Positions 63,385 to 64,000 of a stretch of DNA of 64,000 nt are shown piece by piece; position 1 is the stretch's first letter; each line of letters opens with the position of its first letter. The notes below the pieces were generated by a model. It saw nothing but the letters and a program-made list of their open reading frames with translations, searched no databases and was not told the origin of the DNA. The stretch covers positions 62,001 through 126,000 of the forward strand of contig NIVC01000847.1 in the NCBI GenBank assembly GCA_002269645.1. Direction: 5' to 3'. The translations under genes and the position numbers were made by a program. The stretch comes from Macrostomum lignano (taxonomy: Eukaryota).

Positions 63385-64000
63385 TTATGCTGTTGATGAA
63401 TGTGTCGGTCATGTTGCTGATGAATATGTCGGTCATGTTGCTGATGAATATGTCGGTTATGTTGTTGATAAATATGTCGGTCATGCTGTTGATGAATGTG
63501 TCGGTCATGTTGCTGATGAATATGTCGGTCATGTTGTTGATAAATATGTCGGTCATGCTGTTGATGAATGTGTCGGTCATGTTGCTGATGAATATGTCGG
63601 TCATGTTGTTGATAAATATGTCGGTCATGCTGTTGATGAATGTGTCGGTCATGTTGCTGATGAATATGTCGGTCATGTTGTTGATAAATATGTCGGTCAT
63701 GCTGTGATAAATGTGTCGGTCATGTTGCTGATGAATGTGTCGGTCATGTTGCTGATGAATGTCGGTCATGTTGCTGATGAATATGTCGGTCATTGTTGAT
63801 GAATATGTCGGTCATGTTGCTGATGAATATGTCGGTCATGTTGTCGAAGAATATGTCGGTCATGTTGCTGAATGTCGGTCATGTTGTTGATGAATATGTC
63901 GGTCATTTTGCTGAGAATATGTCGGTCATTTTGCTGAGGAATATGTCGGTCATTTTGCTGAGGAATATGTCGGTCATGTCGCTGAATATGTTGGTCATGT
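63385..64000. repeat. 24-bp minisatellite (ATGAATATGTCGGTCATGTTGCTG), INTS1 intron
   Basis: Tandem units running to the window end. Confidence 0.95.

Overview
Eukaryotic (metazoan) genomic DNA with five intron-containing genes, all on the + strand, and about 30 unrelated minisatellite arrays. GC-rich exons full of Ala/Gln runs and introns filled with minisatellites suggest a flatworm such as Macrostomum; this is inference from sequence style only. Genes in order: (1) the 3' part of a DDX5/DDX17 (p68/Dbp2) DEAD-box helicase (<1-8199); (2) a compact Scm-like Polycomb gene with 2 MBT repeats and a SAM domain (8697-13666), starting about 60 nt after the helicase poly(A) signal at an unpaired splice acceptor, so a candidate trans-spliced operon; (3) an Hmx/Nkx5 homeobox gene (24649-28148) in a gene-poor region; (4) an intact 4-exon, 492-aa, membrane-anchored cytochrome-P450-fold gene (46874-50873) that keeps the structural motifs but has lost the axial Cys, both heme-binding Arg residues and the I-helix catalytic motif, so a candidate P450 pseudoenzyme; (5) the 5' part of INTS1 (57595 to >64000) with a GC-AG intron and three single-base frameshifts. 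Mobile elements with visible target-site duplications: a 172-bp palindromic MITE, a CORE-like tRNA-SINE, and a 1.3-kb non-autonomous hAT carrying a nested SINE. Most long ORFs in the supplied track are translations of tandem repeats. Exon boundaries were set by eye from splice consensus, reading phase and recalled family motifs; no database search was run.
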